Assembly (NCBI GenBank): GCA_018674955.1
Contig: JABGZB010000140.1
Location: 1 to 43,268 of the forward strand
Length of the DNA stretch: 43,268 nt
Origin: Verrucomicrobiota bacterium
GTDB lineage: Bacteria > Verrucomicrobiota > Verrucomicrobiia > Limisphaerales > UBA1096
Direction of reading: 5' to 3'
Every line of letters starts with the position of its first letter. Position 1 is the first letter of the stretch. The position numbers were made by a program, and so were the translations under genes. Positions 1-10,232 of this stretch are shown here, one piece after another. The notes under the pieces were generated by a model that was given only the letters and a program-made list of their open reading frames with translations, ran no database searches and had not been told where the DNA came from.

Positions 1-612
1 AAGAAACATTACCGCGTTGTCGCTGATGGCGTCGGTGTAATAGTAGGTCTTGGGCTGATATTTCCCGTCATTCACCGGGGTGATAAAGCTGTTTGCGCGG
101 CACAAGGTGGCCGGATCAAAGAAACTACCCGCACCAATGATGGTGCCGTAAAACTTTTCAAAGCCGCGCTGCAACGGCCAGTTGTTCTTGGGACCCTGCG
201 GCCGCGTATGCTTGGTGACATGCCACTTACCGCTCATGTACCGGCGGTAACCAGCCACGCTTAGTGCCTCGGCAATCGTCACCACATCCCGGCCCAGTTC
301 TCCGCGGTAGCCGGGCAATTTGTTGTCCCCCGTCATCAAGCCGATGCCAGCCTGATGCGGGTACATGCCTGTGAGCAACGAAGCTCGCGTGGGGCAACAG
401 CGCGACGTGTTGTAAAACTGCGTAAATCGAATCCCCTTTGTCGCCAACCGATCTAGCGTCGGTGTCTTGATCTCGCTCCCGTAACAACCGATGTCCGAAA
501 AACCCATGTCATCGGCCATGATCAGGACAATGTTCGGCTGCTTAGTTACGTCAACCGCTGAAACCAGTAGAGCAAACCTCATTACGAATAGAGTTAGGAT
601 CACTTTCTTCAT
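1..612 (-). CDS. Sulfatase (Cys-type, arylsulfatase-like), 3' end truncated by window edge
   Basis: Absent from the ORF track because it runs off the left edge. The reverse complement from ATG at 612..610 reads MKKVILTLFVMRFALLVSAVDVTKQPNIVLIMADDMGFSDIGCYGSEIKTPTLDRLATKGIRFTQFYNTSRCCPTRASLLTGMYPHQAG..., open to position 1. It has a signal peptide, the DDxG metal-binding block and the CxPxR formylglycine signature. Confidence 0.9.
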   Translation of the reverse strand, partial: MKKVILTLFVMRFALLVSAVDVTKQPNIVLIMADDMGFSDIGCYGSEIKTPTLDRLATKGIRFTQFYNTSRCCPTRASLLTGMYPHQAGIGLMTGDNKLPGYRGELGRDVVTIAEALSVAGYRRYMSGKWHVTKHTRPQGPKNNWPLQRGFEKFYGTIIGAGSFFDPATLCRANSFITPVNDGKYQPKTYYYTDAISDNAVMFL

Positions 613-625
613 TCTGTCATTCCCT

Positions 626-1957
626 TCACTGTACCAGCATTACCCCCCCCATCAATCGCTTCAATTCGGAGACGATCTCTGGATGCTTTTCAGCGAGATT
701 CTTCGTTTCCCCGATGTCCGCCTCCAGGTCATAAAGTTCCTCAACCTCTTTCCGTTGTGTGTCGCGTGCATAGCCGTACACGTTGTGCTTGGCTTTTAGG
801 TATTTCCATTTGCCGCTCCGAATGCCGTTGTTGCGGTACACGAACGTCTTGCGGTTACCTCTTGGGTTTTTGCCAAGCAACAAATCTGTTTGATCAACCC
901 CATCGATCACCCGGTCATTGGGAACCTTGAAGCCGGCGAGATTGGCGAAGGTGGGCATGAAATCCAGCGTCGAAAAAATGGCATCGGACTCGGCACCAGC
1001 CTTCACCCGGCCCGGCCAACGGACGATGCAGGGAACGCGATAGCCAGCCTCATAACAGGAACCCTTCCCGTCCCGCAGCGGCCCAGCCTCGCCCCAGAAG
1101 ATCGACCCCTCCGGGTGGCCTTTCTTTTTGTTGGTGTAGGCGGGTTGATTCCACGGGCCGTTGTCGGATGTGTAAATCACCAGCGTGTTGTCGCGCAGGC
1201 CCTCCTTGTCCAAGACGTCAAGCAAACGGCCAGTCTCATAATCGAACTCCTCCACCACATCACCGTACAGACCTCCATTTGAATTCCCGCGAAAACGCGG
1301 TGAAGCGTCGATGATGGTATGCATCATTGTGTGCGCCACGTAGAGAATGAACGGCTTTCCCTTGTCGCGTTTGTTCTTGAGGAAATCAATAGCTTTGTTC
1401 GTGTAAAAGCGGGTGAGACTGGCCATGTCGCTCGTCTTGCCGGCAGCCTGGTTGTTCTCATGAAATGCCACTGTACCGCCGTCATTCGCCCCCAACGTAC
1501 CGAAGTAATAGTCAAAACCCTGTGCATTGGGCATCCGCGGGATGATCACCTTTCGGTTGGAGACATCCCACTTGCCGATACAGACCGTCTGGTAGTCCGC
1601 TTTTCGAATCAGCTCGGCGAAGGTGATCTCGCTCGCCGGCATCCCCCAACCCTTGCTGCGGAAGGGGTAACGCCCTGTCAACAGCGCCGAGCGCGACGGC
1701 CCGCAGACCGACTGCGCATAAAAACTGGTGAACCGGGTTCCCTCCTTGGCCAACCGATCCATGCGCGGTGTCTTATTCTTCTTGTTGCCGTAACAGCCCA
1801 TATCCGCATAGCCCTGGTCGTCGGTGAAAATGATGAGGATGTTCGGCCGCGCAGCATCGGCGTTGAGGGGAGAGACTGGGGCTAGGAAGGCAAGGACGCA
1901 CAAGATGACGAGAATCCTGCATTCTTTTATCCAGATACCTTGAGAGTTTGAGTTCAT
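626..1957 (-). CDS. Sulfatase (Cys-type formylglycine sulfatase family)
   Basis: 443-aa ORF with a signal peptide. Motifs: PNILIIFTDDQGYADMGCYG, CGPSRSALLTGRYP (CxPxR), TSDNGP, and C-terminal LYDLEADIGETKNLA typical of the family. It lies 13 nt upstream of the next minus-strand sulfatase. Confidence 0.93.
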   Translation of the reverse strand: MNSNSQGIWIKECRILVILCVLAFLAPVSPLNADAARPNILIIFTDDQGYADMGCYGNKKNKTPRMDRLAKEGTRFTSFYAQSVCGPSRSALLTGRYPFRSKGWGMPASEITFAELIRKADYQTVCIGKWDVSNRKVIIPRMPNAQGFDYYFGTLGANDGGTVAFHENNQAAGKTSDMASLTRFYTNKAIDFLKNKRDKGKPFILYVAHTMMHTIIDASPRFRGNSNGGLYGDVVEEFDYETGRLLDVLDKEGLRDNTLVIYTSDNGPWNQPAYTNKKKGHPEGSIFWGEAGPLRDGKGSCYEAGYRVPCIVRWPGRVKAGAESDAIFSTLDFMPTFANLAGFKVPNDRVIDGVDQTDLLLGKNPRGNRKTFVYRNNGIRSGKWKYLKAKHNVYGYARDTQRKEVEELYDLEADIGETKNLAEKHPEIVSELKRLMGGVMLVQ

Positions 1958-1974
1958 AGTTTTGAAATCACGTA

Positions 1975-3396
1975 TTAGCGACCGGGGAATTTTGGAACTC
2001 CGCCAAGGTAGGGAAACTTGTCGAAGTCGGGCCCCTTGCCAGTGACTCTAGGGTCATTCGTTTTTTTCAGTTCAGAAAAAAGATGCGCCTTTAATCTTTT
2101 CACGGTCTCAGCATAGGCAGAATCGGCGGCGATATTCACCAGTTGATCGGGATCTTTCTTTAGATCGTATAATTCAGTAGCGGGGCGTTTTCCAAACGCC
2201 AACTCATAGAGCCTGCGATGATGGGCGTCCTTATCCCGGCTCTCAACCATGTAGGTTTTAGTCGGACCATTGTCACAGTCGCTGAACCAAGCCCCCTTAA
2301 TCGCCGCCTTTTTATAATTGGGCGTACCCGCCGGCCAACGGTCAGGGCGAAAGTTGTGGAGATACAGAAAGTCGTGAGTCCGAATGGCTCGAGTCGGGTA
2401 GCCACCCATATCCTTCCCTTCCTGGCCTGGCACATGCCGTTCCTTGCCATGTAGCACATAGCTTCGATCGCTCTTGTCATTACCCGCGAGGAGCGACAAC
2501 AGGCTCCGACCGGAAACATCACTTGGAACATCCAAATCTGCAGCCTGGTAGAACGTCGGCGCCACATCGACAAGGCTTACGAAATCGTTTACCACCGTTC
2601 CCTCTTTCACCTTCGACGGCCAACGAATTGCAAGCGGCACTCGGGCTCCACTGTCATAGTTGTTGCTCTTGCAGCGAGGGAACGGCATGCCGTGATCGCC
2701 CGTCATGACGACGATGGTGTTGTCGAGTTCACCACTCTCCTCAAGCGCTTTAATGGCGTCCCCCACCAAGCTGTCGAAACGTTGCACTTCAAAATAATAA
2801 TCCGCAACGTCGCTGCGGACTTCATTGGAACCCGGGAAATGCGCAAATAATTTAATTTTTGAAAGATCCATCCCGCTTTTCATCCCCGAACCCTTTGCGT
2901 AGCCGCGGTGTGGATCGGAACTGCCAAGCCAGTAACAGAACGGCTTACCACTTTGCCTGATTTTCATAAAGGCGCGGAAGTTTTTGTAACGAGGTCCCGC
3001 TAGTTGACGGCCTTTCTTTTGGGTGCGGCCTGGCCCCCACCCTTTGCTGCTAACACCAGTCACGTAACCGGCCTTCGCCAATCGTTCGGGATATGTATCA
3101 TACTTGTCAGGAAACACACTCCAGAGATTACCCGCACCTTCAAGTCGCCAATGCCATTGACCCGTCAGTATGGCACCGCGCGACGGCGTGCAGGACGGCG
3201 ATGACACGTAGGCGTGATGAAACAGTGCCCCCTCCTTGGCCAAGCGATCGAAGGTCGGTGTCCTGACTACGGGATCGCCGTACGAACCGGCATGTGGCCA
3301 ACCCCAATCGTCAGCAATGGCAAAAAGGATGTTCGGCCGCTCAGCCGAATGCAGGGAACAGGCAAACAGAAAAATCAGTTGTGACAAGAATTTCAT
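1975..3396 (-). CDS. Sulfatase (Cys-type)
   Basis: 473-aa ORF with a signal peptide. Motifs: PNILFAIADDWGW, SCTPSRGAILTGQW, TGDHGMPFPRCK, ELYDLKKDPDQ. Confidence 0.92.
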   Translation of the reverse strand: MKFLSQLIFLFACSLHSAERPNILFAIADDWGWPHAGSYGDPVVRTPTFDRLAKEGALFHHAYVSSPSCTPSRGAILTGQWHWRLEGAGNLWSVFPDKYDTYPERLAKAGYVTGVSSKGWGPGRTQKKGRQLAGPRYKNFRAFMKIRQSGKPFCYWLGSSDPHRGYAKGSGMKSGMDLSKIKLFAHFPGSNEVRSDVADYYFEVQRFDSLVGDAIKALEESGELDNTIVVMTGDHGMPFPRCKSNNYDSGARVPLAIRWPSKVKEGTVVNDFVSLVDVAPTFYQAADLDVPSDVSGRSLLSLLAGNDKSDRSYVLHGKERHVPGQEGKDMGGYPTRAIRTHDFLYLHNFRPDRWPAGTPNYKKAAIKGAWFSDCDNGPTKTYMVESRDKDAHHRRLYELAFGKRPATELYDLKKDPDQLVNIAADSAYAETVKRLKAHLFSELKKTNDPRVTGKGPDFDKFPYLGGVPKFPGR

Positions 3397-3465
3397 GAGT
3401 GGCAGGCATTCTTCCCTCAGTCCCTTCGCTAAACCAGCACAAACCTTGGTTTCAGCGAAGAACCG

Positions 3466-4839
3466 TTACTTTGGCGAAACCTCCTTCACCCAGTCGCTGT
3501 GCAGGGTCCTGAGGCGCTGCACGATTTCCGGTTTGGCCTTGGCATATTCCTTTGCCTCAGGCTTGGCATCGACCAGGTTTCGCAGCGACACCTTGGTGTT
3601 CCCGTTCGAGCCGATCAGTTTCCAGTCACCCTCGCGAACAGCCCATTTTTTGCCCCAGGCGAAATGTAGAATTTTGTATTTCGACTTCGCCTTGGCGCTT
3701 CGGATCAACGGTAACACGCTATGGCCATCTAGCTTTGGAGCGTTAGAGGGTTGCTGGACACCACAGAGGTCTAGCACAGTGGGAAACCAGTCCATTGCCG
3801 TGATGATTTCCCCACGCACCTTCCCCTTTGGCAGCTTGGCCGGGTAACTGATGATGGCCGGCACGCGCACACCACCCTCGAGAAAGCTGCCCTTCTGCCC
3901 GATCCACTTACCAGTGGACCCACCGCCGCTCGCGCCATAAAAATGGCCCTTGGGATAACCGCTCCTATGATTTTCCACTCTGATTCGATTGCCGGTTTCC
4001 TCCGAGTGCCCGTTGTCGCTCATGAAGATGATAGCCGTATTTTCGCGCAGGTCCAGCGCCTCCAATTTGTCGACAATCTGGCCGATATAGTGATCGGTCG
4101 TGCTGACAATGGCCGCGTAGGAGCGCCGTGCCGGGGCAGCAATGTCCTTGTACCTCGTCTCAAACTGCTTGAGCGCCTGCTCCGGATAATGCGGAATGTT
4201 AAACGGCACATAGAGTAAGAAAGGCCGATCCTTGTTTTGCATAATGAATTTCAATGAACGCTGCACCATCAGCTCAGGAAAATATTTACCCGGCGCCTTC
4301 ACTGGTTTGATCCCGTCGTACAAATCATGAAATCCACTGCCATGCAGGAAATAGTGATTGTAGTTGTCAATGAAACCGTCGCGAATGCCAAAGAACTCGT
4401 CGAAGCCCTGTTTCTTTGGCCCAAAATCCCGATGGGCTCCAAGGTGCCATTTCCCGAAGAGCGCGGTTCGATAACCGGCAGTCTTCAGTGCCTCGCCCAG
4501 CGTCACCTCCTCAAGAGCCATGTTGATACCGTCCGGTCCATTCATGTCGCCCTGCGTCCAGTGATGGACTCCACCCCGCTGCGGATGCCGCCCCGTCATC
4601 AACGCCGCTCGCGCCGGGCAACACACCGTGTGCGCATACGCCTGAGTGAACCGCACTCCCGTGGCCGCAAGTCTGTCGATATTGGGCGTCCTGAGGTCGG
4701 TGGAGCCATAGCAATTGGCATCAATCGTCCCCTGGTCGTCGGTCAAAATGATGAGGATGTTCGGCCGCTCCACCGCCGACACACCAAGTGCGGAGAAGAC
4801 CAGCAGGAGGATAATAATGTGCTTCACGCCGAGAACCAT
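3466..4839 (-). CDS. Sulfatase (Cys-type)
   Basis: The ORF track gives 3466..4878. The internal Met at 4839 (MVLGVKHIIILLLVFSALGVSA) gives a proper signal peptide, so it is preferred as the start. Motifs: PNILIILTDDQG, CCPARAALMTGRHP, MSDNGH. Confidence 0.88.
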   Translation of the reverse strand: MVLGVKHIIILLLVFSALGVSAVERPNILIILTDDQGTIDANCYGSTDLRTPNIDRLAATGVRFTQAYAHTVCCPARAALMTGRHPQRGGVHHWTQGDMNGPDGINMALEEVTLGEALKTAGYRTALFGKWHLGAHRDFGPKKQGFDEFFGIRDGFIDNYNHYFLHGSGFHDLYDGIKPVKAPGKYFPELMVQRSLKFIMQNKDRPFLLYVPFNIPHYPEQALKQFETRYKDIAAPARRSYAAIVSTTDHYIGQIVDKLEALDLRENTAIIFMSDNGHSEETGNRIRVENHRSGYPKGHFYGASGGGSTGKWIGQKGSFLEGGVRVPAIISYPAKLPKGKVRGEIITAMDWFPTVLDLCGVQQPSNAPKLDGHSVLPLIRSAKAKSKYKILHFAWGKKWAVREGDWKLIGSNGNTKVSLRNLVDAKPEAKEYAKAKPEIVQRLRTLHSDWVKEVSPK

Positions 4840-4909
4840 TTCGCAGAGAGGTAACGCCGTCAACCCACCGCAATGCAAATATGCGCGGACAGCCTGGTCA
4901 AGCGCACCC

Positions 4910-7900
4910 TCAGCCAGGATTTACATTAAACACCCCGTACATGGTCCTCCAATGCCCTGGGAACGTGCAGACAAACTCGTATTTCCCGGGCTTGACTGGA
5001 ACGTTGAAGGTTAGCAGTTCACTCTCGCCCGGCTTCAGTAGGCGGGTTGCTTGGAGAACTTTTTTGGATTCCGGGACATACCCCTTTTCCCATGCGCGGG
5101 GTTGCGTCGCCATCTCGTCGGCGGCGCGTCCCACCTCTTCGCGTGAGCCAATTGTCACCAGGACCAGGTTATGGGGCATGGTGTCGTTGTTTTCAAAAAT
5201 CAACCGGATCGACTCGCCAGCCGTGACATGGATTTCCTCCCGGTCATATTTCATCCGGGCCGGCACGGTTCGAATGATATGCACCGGGGCGCCGTATTGC
5301 CGAAGCTCAGTGCGCAGTGTCTGCCCCAACTCCTCCGGCAACCGACTCGCCGCCGCTTGGCCAAGCGACAGGGCCTCGATGCCGGCTTGGCCAACGCGCC
5401 GGTCAACCGGCATATCTTCCAAGTAACTCAACAGGTCTTGAGCCAGGCCGTTCATCTGGTCGCTTGGCCAAGTTTCCGCCGGCATCCGGTAAAGAGCCGT
5501 GATTGCATCTTCCGGATTCTCACCACGTTGCAACTGCTTGGCCAGTTGTTGAAAGTTCGGGCCGGGTGCGGCGGCGGGCTCCGGCCTGCCAGAGAGAAAC
5601 CCAAGCGTCTGCGCCAGCGCGTGCTCAATGCCGGGATCCATCGGGTGCACTGCGGCCTCCATGGCAATGGCAAGCGCCTCGGGGGATGCACTGAAACTTG
5701 CGGCGATAACGGCGTGCAAACGGACACGCGGTTCAGGGTCGTTGACCATCTGTCGAATGAGTTCATCGGCTGAGCCGATCTGTTCCTGCCAATACCTGAG
5801 CACCTTGGTCGCTGCAGCCCGGGCGCTGGGATTCGCGCTTTTCAACTGCTGCTGCAGCAGAACTGCATCGACCTCGTTCAAACCTTGGCGAACCCAAAGC
5901 GCCTCTGTCCGGTGATGCTCCCGTTCGGGATCGGTCGCCTTCAGGTTTTTCAGCCATTCGTCGAGAGCCGGGATTACCTTACCTGCCGGTCGCTGCTGAA
6001 GTTCCCGCCGGGCGAACTCACGGGTGCTGCTCTCGTGCGATTTCAGGAGGTCCAAAAGTGCGTTTACGGGTTCGCCCTTGATCCGAGGATGTTTCAGGAG
6101 GGGCCGGTCAGAATGAGATATGCGCCAGATGCGCCCGCGCCGATGATCCCGGCCGGGGTGCCGTTTTGAAAAGTTCACGTTCTCAAAAATTTGGGTATAA
6201 AAGTCGGCGATGTAGAGGGCGCCATCAGGCCCCAAGGCCATGGCCACCGGTCGAAAAAGCGGATCGTCGCATCGCAGCAAATGTCCGTGAGATTCGACCT
6301 GATAGACGGACCCGTTAGTTTTCAGGGTGTACCAGGCGGTGCCAGTTTCCCCGACGCAATGATTGACGAGGAAGCGGCCCTGAACTCCGGGCGGAAAATG
6401 CGTGCTAAACAGAAGCTCGCAGCCCGATGCAATATGTCCGCCGGAGTTGAAGGCGAGGTGATTGGTCCGATGCTTGGTCTTGGGATAAGTGAAGTTCGAG
6501 GAAAATACATCCATCGGATAATACTGCCCGGCAGAGGCGTCGAGCATAATGCCACCTCCCCAGCGGTCGAACAGGTTGCCGAACGGGTTCCAAAAACTGT
6601 GCGACACGTAGACCCCGAACCGGTGTCGCTCCGGCCGGTAACGAAACACCGCCGCGTCACGTACGCATGCTAGCCCGTAAGGTGTCTCGATCTGTGTGTG
6701 GTAAAAAATGCCCTGCGTGAAATAGAGTGATCCGCCCGGACTCCACCTGAAATTGTTCATCGCGTGTTCGGCGTCCTCAGCACCAAAACCATGCAACAGC
6801 ACCCGAACCCAGTCTGACTGACCGTCGTTGTCTGTATCACGCGCCAACACAAGATTGGGCGCCTGAGCCAGAAGCACTCCACCCTCCCCGAAACCGAACC
6901 CATGCAGCAGGTTCAAGTGATCGAGAAAAACAGTGTGCCTGTCTGCCACGCCATCACCGTCCTGATCCTCGAGAATCACAATCGAGTCATCAGGCTGTTT
7001 CCCCGGCAGCGGATGAGGCCAGGTGGGTGTGTTGCCCACCCACAAACGACCGCTCGAATCAAACTGAAGCGCCATCGGGTTCGCAATGGGAAAGTCCACC
7101 TCGGAGGCAAACAGATTGACCTGATAGCCCGACGCCACCTTCATCATCGCCAACTCTGTTTCCGGGGACTTGGCACGCCCAGGCTTCCCATCCTCCTTCA
7201 CAGCCCAGAGCGACTCGGGTACGTCACCGGAAATCGACCGGGATGCGGGTGTGGGAAACCAGATTGGCTTCCCGTCCACTGGAATCTTTCGCCAGATATC
7301 AGCCACTCGCGGTTTCTGCGTCTCCCAGATTTGACGCTCCATGTCCTCGACCAATTGACGGGATTGTTTGCGCTCGCTGCCGAGATGCTTTGATCCAGGG
7401 GTTTGGTTTCGTCGTCCATGAATATAAGAGGCATTCGGGGCGTGCCACCACAGTTGATGCCAATAGTTTTTCTCGTAAACCAGCCGCCGAAAGGCATCGG
7501 CTTCGGATGGATCGCCCTTGGCCTGCGATGCCGTCAAACCTTCCAGCAGGCCAAGTTGCTTTGCCATCATTCGGCTCACGACCTGGTAGCCGGATTCAGT
7601 GAGATGAATGCCGTTGAAGGTCAACCTGCCGCCCTGCCTCGATACCCGCTGTGCTGTTGCCGAAAACAAATCCACGGCGTGCACACCCGGTTGATTTGCG
7701 ACTTGGAGCAGTTCCTCCGAATAAACCTTCAAGTCGCCGTTTCGATCCGGAACATCCACCGTTGCCGACGAGTTCTCCTGGGCGATGGGAGTAACCAGCA
7801 CCACTCGGGGCGGAGAGTGCCCATTAAACTTTTCGCCTCGGAGTTGCTCCACAAAACTCTCGGTCTTGTGTCGGAAGTGCCCCACCTCTGCAATGCCATG

Positions 7901-8236
7901 AAACGATTCATTCATCCCGTAACAGACAAACACAATGTCAGCACGTTCCTCGCGCAACTCATCAGCCAGGCGAGGAAACCCCAATGGGCGAATCGACTCC
8001 CCCACCTCTTCCGCCGGCCAAGCCAGATACCGAATCCGCAGGCGGTGTTCCGGGAATCGGCTTTGCAGAAACGTCTCGAAATACCCGAAGAGATGCATCC
8101 TCTCGGCGAACGTGTTGCCGACGATCACAATGTGGTCGTTCTCCTTTATCTTTAGGTCGCCGGCCCGCGCTGCTGAAACAACCCACAGCAGAATAATTGC
8201 ACTGCAAACAAAAACAAAACGCATTTTAAAATTCAT
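4910..8236 (-). CDS. Secreted multidomain protein: SGNH-like domain + 'membrane-bound dehydrogenase'-type beta-propeller + HEAT repeats + C-terminal azurin-like cupredoxin
   Basis: 1108-aa ORF with signal peptide MNFKMRFVFVCSAIILLWVVSAARA. The N-terminal SGNH-like blocks are HIVIVGNTFAERM, YGMNES and NGIHLTESG. The propeller region (LWVGNTPTWPH, ILEDQDGDGVADR, DTDNDGQSD, FRWSPGGSLYF) resembles the Pirellula/Verrucomicrobium 'putative membrane-bound dehydrogenase' domain; that match is from memory of TIGR02604-type annotations. HEAT-like helices are present (DPEPRVRLHAVIAAS). The last ~126 aa (4913..5290) carry type-1 copper ligands, MPHN ... YEFVCTFPGHWRTMYG, with the same C-x4-H-x3-M spacing as azurin. 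The Cys codon is at 4967..4969. Confidence 0.8.
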   Translation of the reverse strand: MNFKMRFVFVCSAIILLWVVSAARAGDLKIKENDHIVIVGNTFAERMHLFGYFETFLQSRFPEHRLRIRYLAWPAEEVGESIRPLGFPRLADELREERADIVFVCYGMNESFHGIAEVGHFRHKTESFVEQLRGEKFNGHSPPRVVLVTPIAQENSSATVDVPDRNGDLKVYSEELLQVANQPGVHAVDLFSATAQRVSRQGGRLTFNGIHLTESGYQVVSRMMAKQLGLLEGLTASQAKGDPSEADAFRRLVYEKNYWHQLWWHAPNASYIHGRRNQTPGSKHLGSERKQSRQLVEDMERQIWETQKPRVADIWRKIPVDGKPIWFPTPASRSISGDVPESLWAVKEDGKPGRAKSPETELAMMKVASGYQVNLFASEVDFPIANPMALQFDSSGRLWVGNTPTWPHPLPGKQPDDSIVILEDQDGDGVADRHTVFLDHLNLLHGFGFGEGGVLLAQAPNLVLARDTDNDGQSDWVRVLLHGFGAEDAEHAMNNFRWSPGGSLYFTQGIFYHTQIETPYGLACVRDAAVFRYRPERHRFGVYVSHSFWNPFGNLFDRWGGGIMLDASAGQYYPMDVFSSNFTYPKTKHRTNHLAFNSGGHIASGCELLFSTHFPPGVQGRFLVNHCVGETGTAWYTLKTNGSVYQVESHGHLLRCDDPLFRPVAMALGPDGALYIADFYTQIFENVNFSKRHPGRDHRRGRIWRISHSDRPLLKHPRIKGEPVNALLDLLKSHESSTREFARRELQQRPAGKVIPALDEWLKNLKATDPEREHHRTEALWVRQGLNEVDAVLLQQQLKSANPSARAAATKVLRYWQEQIGSADELIRQMVNDPEPRVRLHAVIAASFSASPEALAIAMEAAVHPMDPGIEHALAQTLGFLSGRPEPAAAPGPNFQQLAKQLQRGENPEDAITALYRMPAETWPSDQMNGLAQDLLSYLEDMPVDRRVGQAGIEALSLGQAAASRLPEELGQTLRTELRQYGAPVHIIRTVPARMKYDREEIHVTAGESIRLIFENNDTMPHNLVLVTIGSREEVGRAADEMATQPRAWEKGYVPESKKVLQATRLLKPGESELLTFNVPVKPGKYEFVCTFPGHWRTMYGVFNVNPG

Positions 8237-8264
8237 CCGGCTATTGACCCCTCACTGCCGAGCG

Positions 8265-9851
8265 TCAATCCACCGGGGCGCTGCCCCACCAATTCTTGTT
8301 CGGCTTGTAACCGGGGGCGAGATAGTTCGCGTGGCGTTTTTCGAGACCAGCTTTGCCCTTGCTCTTGAGCGACTCCCAACGTGCCTCGCGCTTGGCCAAG
8401 TCGAACGTCGCATCCTTCGTCGGAAGCTTGGCGTCGGTGGACTTGAGCCAGGCGTCGAGCTTGGCCCGGAGGGCCTTGGCTTTACGGGGCTCGCGCCTGG
8501 CCAAATCATGTTTCTCCGCCGGATCCTTGGTCAGGTGGTACAGTTCGTCACGACCGTCCTCGTGGTAATAGATGAGCTTCCAGTCGTCCTGTGTGATGAT
8601 CGATGACGGCTCACCGCCCTGGTTGCCATAGTGCGGATAGTGCCAATACAGCGGCCGATCGGCTATTGCTCCGCCCTTGAGCAACGGCACCATGCTGACG
8701 CCGTCCACGTCCTGTTTTTTCGGCACGGGAATGCCGGCAAGCTCGAGCAATGTCGGATACCAGTCGATGCCGTTGACCGGCACGGCGCTGGTCGAACCGG
8801 ACTTCGTCACGCCGGGTGCGTTGATGTAAAACGGCTCGCGAATGCCGCCCTCCCACTGCCGCCCCTTGCCGCCGCGCAACGGCGTGTTGCTCGTCGAGTA
8901 GGCGTCGCCGGAGGAGACACCGCCATTGTCGGAGGTGAAGCAGACAATCGTGTTGTCGCTCAAACCAAGCTCGTCGATTTTCCGCAGCACGATGCCGACG
9001 GCGTCGTCCATCGTCTCGACCATACCGCCGTAGATCGGGCAATCCTGTACCTGACGCACGTTGAGCCGCCGGTCGAACAGAAACCGCTCCCCGGCCAAGC
9101 CGGCTGACACTGCCTTGTCACGGTATTTTTCCCATAACTTGGGTGTGGTCTGTATCGGGCCATGCACGCTGTAAAAGGATAGATAGGCGAGGAAAGGCTT
9201 GTCCTTGTTGGCCTCAATGAAGTTAGCAGTTTCCCGGCCGAGACGCAGGGTAAGTGACTCGCCTGCGGGGCCGGACTCCAAATTCGGATTCTGCCACGGA
9301 GCAAAAAAACCGCCGCGCGGACTGCCGACATCCCAACCTCCCTTGTTGACGTCAAAACCATGATCAGTCGGCCACGATCCCTTGCTGCCGAGATGCCATT
9401 TCCCTGCGAAGAACGTCCTGTAACCATTTTCGCGGAGCACCTCGGCAAGAGTAATCTCCGAGGCGCGCAGGTTTCGATCGTACTCGGCGGGCAAGTGGCT
9501 GTCGTGGCGACCGCGACCGCTCCACGACTTGCCCGAGGCGTCGCCGATCCAAGTCGTGATACCGTGGTTCGGCGGGTATTTGCCGGTGAGAATACTGGCA
9601 CGCGAGGGGCTGCAAACCTGGCAGGTCGCGTAGCCTCGAGTGAACTTCATGCCAGCGGCGGCGATGCGGTCGATGTGGGGGCTTTCATAATAGGTGGAGC
9701 CCTCATTGCTGAGATCGCGCCAGCCAAGGTCGTCGGCGAGAATGAAAACGATGTTGGGCCGCCGCTTGGCTTCGTCGGCGGCATGAACGTGCGCTAGGCC
9801 AAACAACAGGCAAACAAGCAGGACGATAGATTGAGTGTTGAGTTTCATCAC
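8265..9851 (-). CDS. Sulfatase (Cys-type)
   Basis: 528-aa ORF with a signal peptide. Motifs: PNIVFILADDLGW, CQVCSPSRASILTGKYP, TSDNGG, ELYHLTKDPAEKHDLA. Confidence 0.93.
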   Translation of the reverse strand: MMKLNTQSIVLLVCLLFGLAHVHAADEAKRRPNIVFILADDLGWRDLSNEGSTYYESPHIDRIAAAGMKFTRGYATCQVCSPSRASILTGKYPPNHGITTWIGDASGKSWSGRGRHDSHLPAEYDRNLRASEITLAEVLRENGYRTFFAGKWHLGSKGSWPTDHGFDVNKGGWDVGSPRGGFFAPWQNPNLESGPAGESLTLRLGRETANFIEANKDKPFLAYLSFYSVHGPIQTTPKLWEKYRDKAVSAGLAGERFLFDRRLNVRQVQDCPIYGGMVETMDDAVGIVLRKIDELGLSDNTIVCFTSDNGGVSSGDAYSTSNTPLRGGKGRQWEGGIREPFYINAPGVTKSGSTSAVPVNGIDWYPTLLELAGIPVPKKQDVDGVSMVPLLKGGAIADRPLYWHYPHYGNQGGEPSSIITQDDWKLIYYHEDGRDELYHLTKDPAEKHDLARREPRKAKALRAKLDAWLKSTDAKLPTKDATFDLAKREARWESLKSKGKAGLEKRHANYLAPGYKPNKNWWGSAPVD

Positions 9852-10232
9852 AATTTTGAGTGCTAAAAAGACAAGCTAAGCAGGGTGCCGCAGGAATTCA
9901 ACACGACATCGGTAAATTATACGACCTGAAAAATAACATCGCCGAACCCCAGACGATCGGCATCGTGGGAACTCAGCCCAACGATTCAATGCAGGATTCG
10001 TTTCTGCACGAAGTGTTCCACACCGTGCACAATCCCGTTACCAGACGACGAACGTAGTTCTCATCGCTCTCAATTTCCCTCAGTTGCATCACATGACTCC
10101 GGCGGTCAGCTTCTCTGGCTCGTATGCTTTCGGTTCAACCATCAATCTTTATTTTGTAAGGCTGCAGGCATTTTGCGGCAACAGTTAAAACGCCTTGTAA
10201 ACTGCGTTCAACGGAGTGACAAATCCCTCTCT

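Noticed and set aside
227-487. An 86-aa minus-strand ORF in the track, near the left edge.
   Set aside because: It lies inside, and out of frame with, the edge-truncated sulfatase (1..612), whose frame shows the CCPTR signature. It is a shadow ORF.
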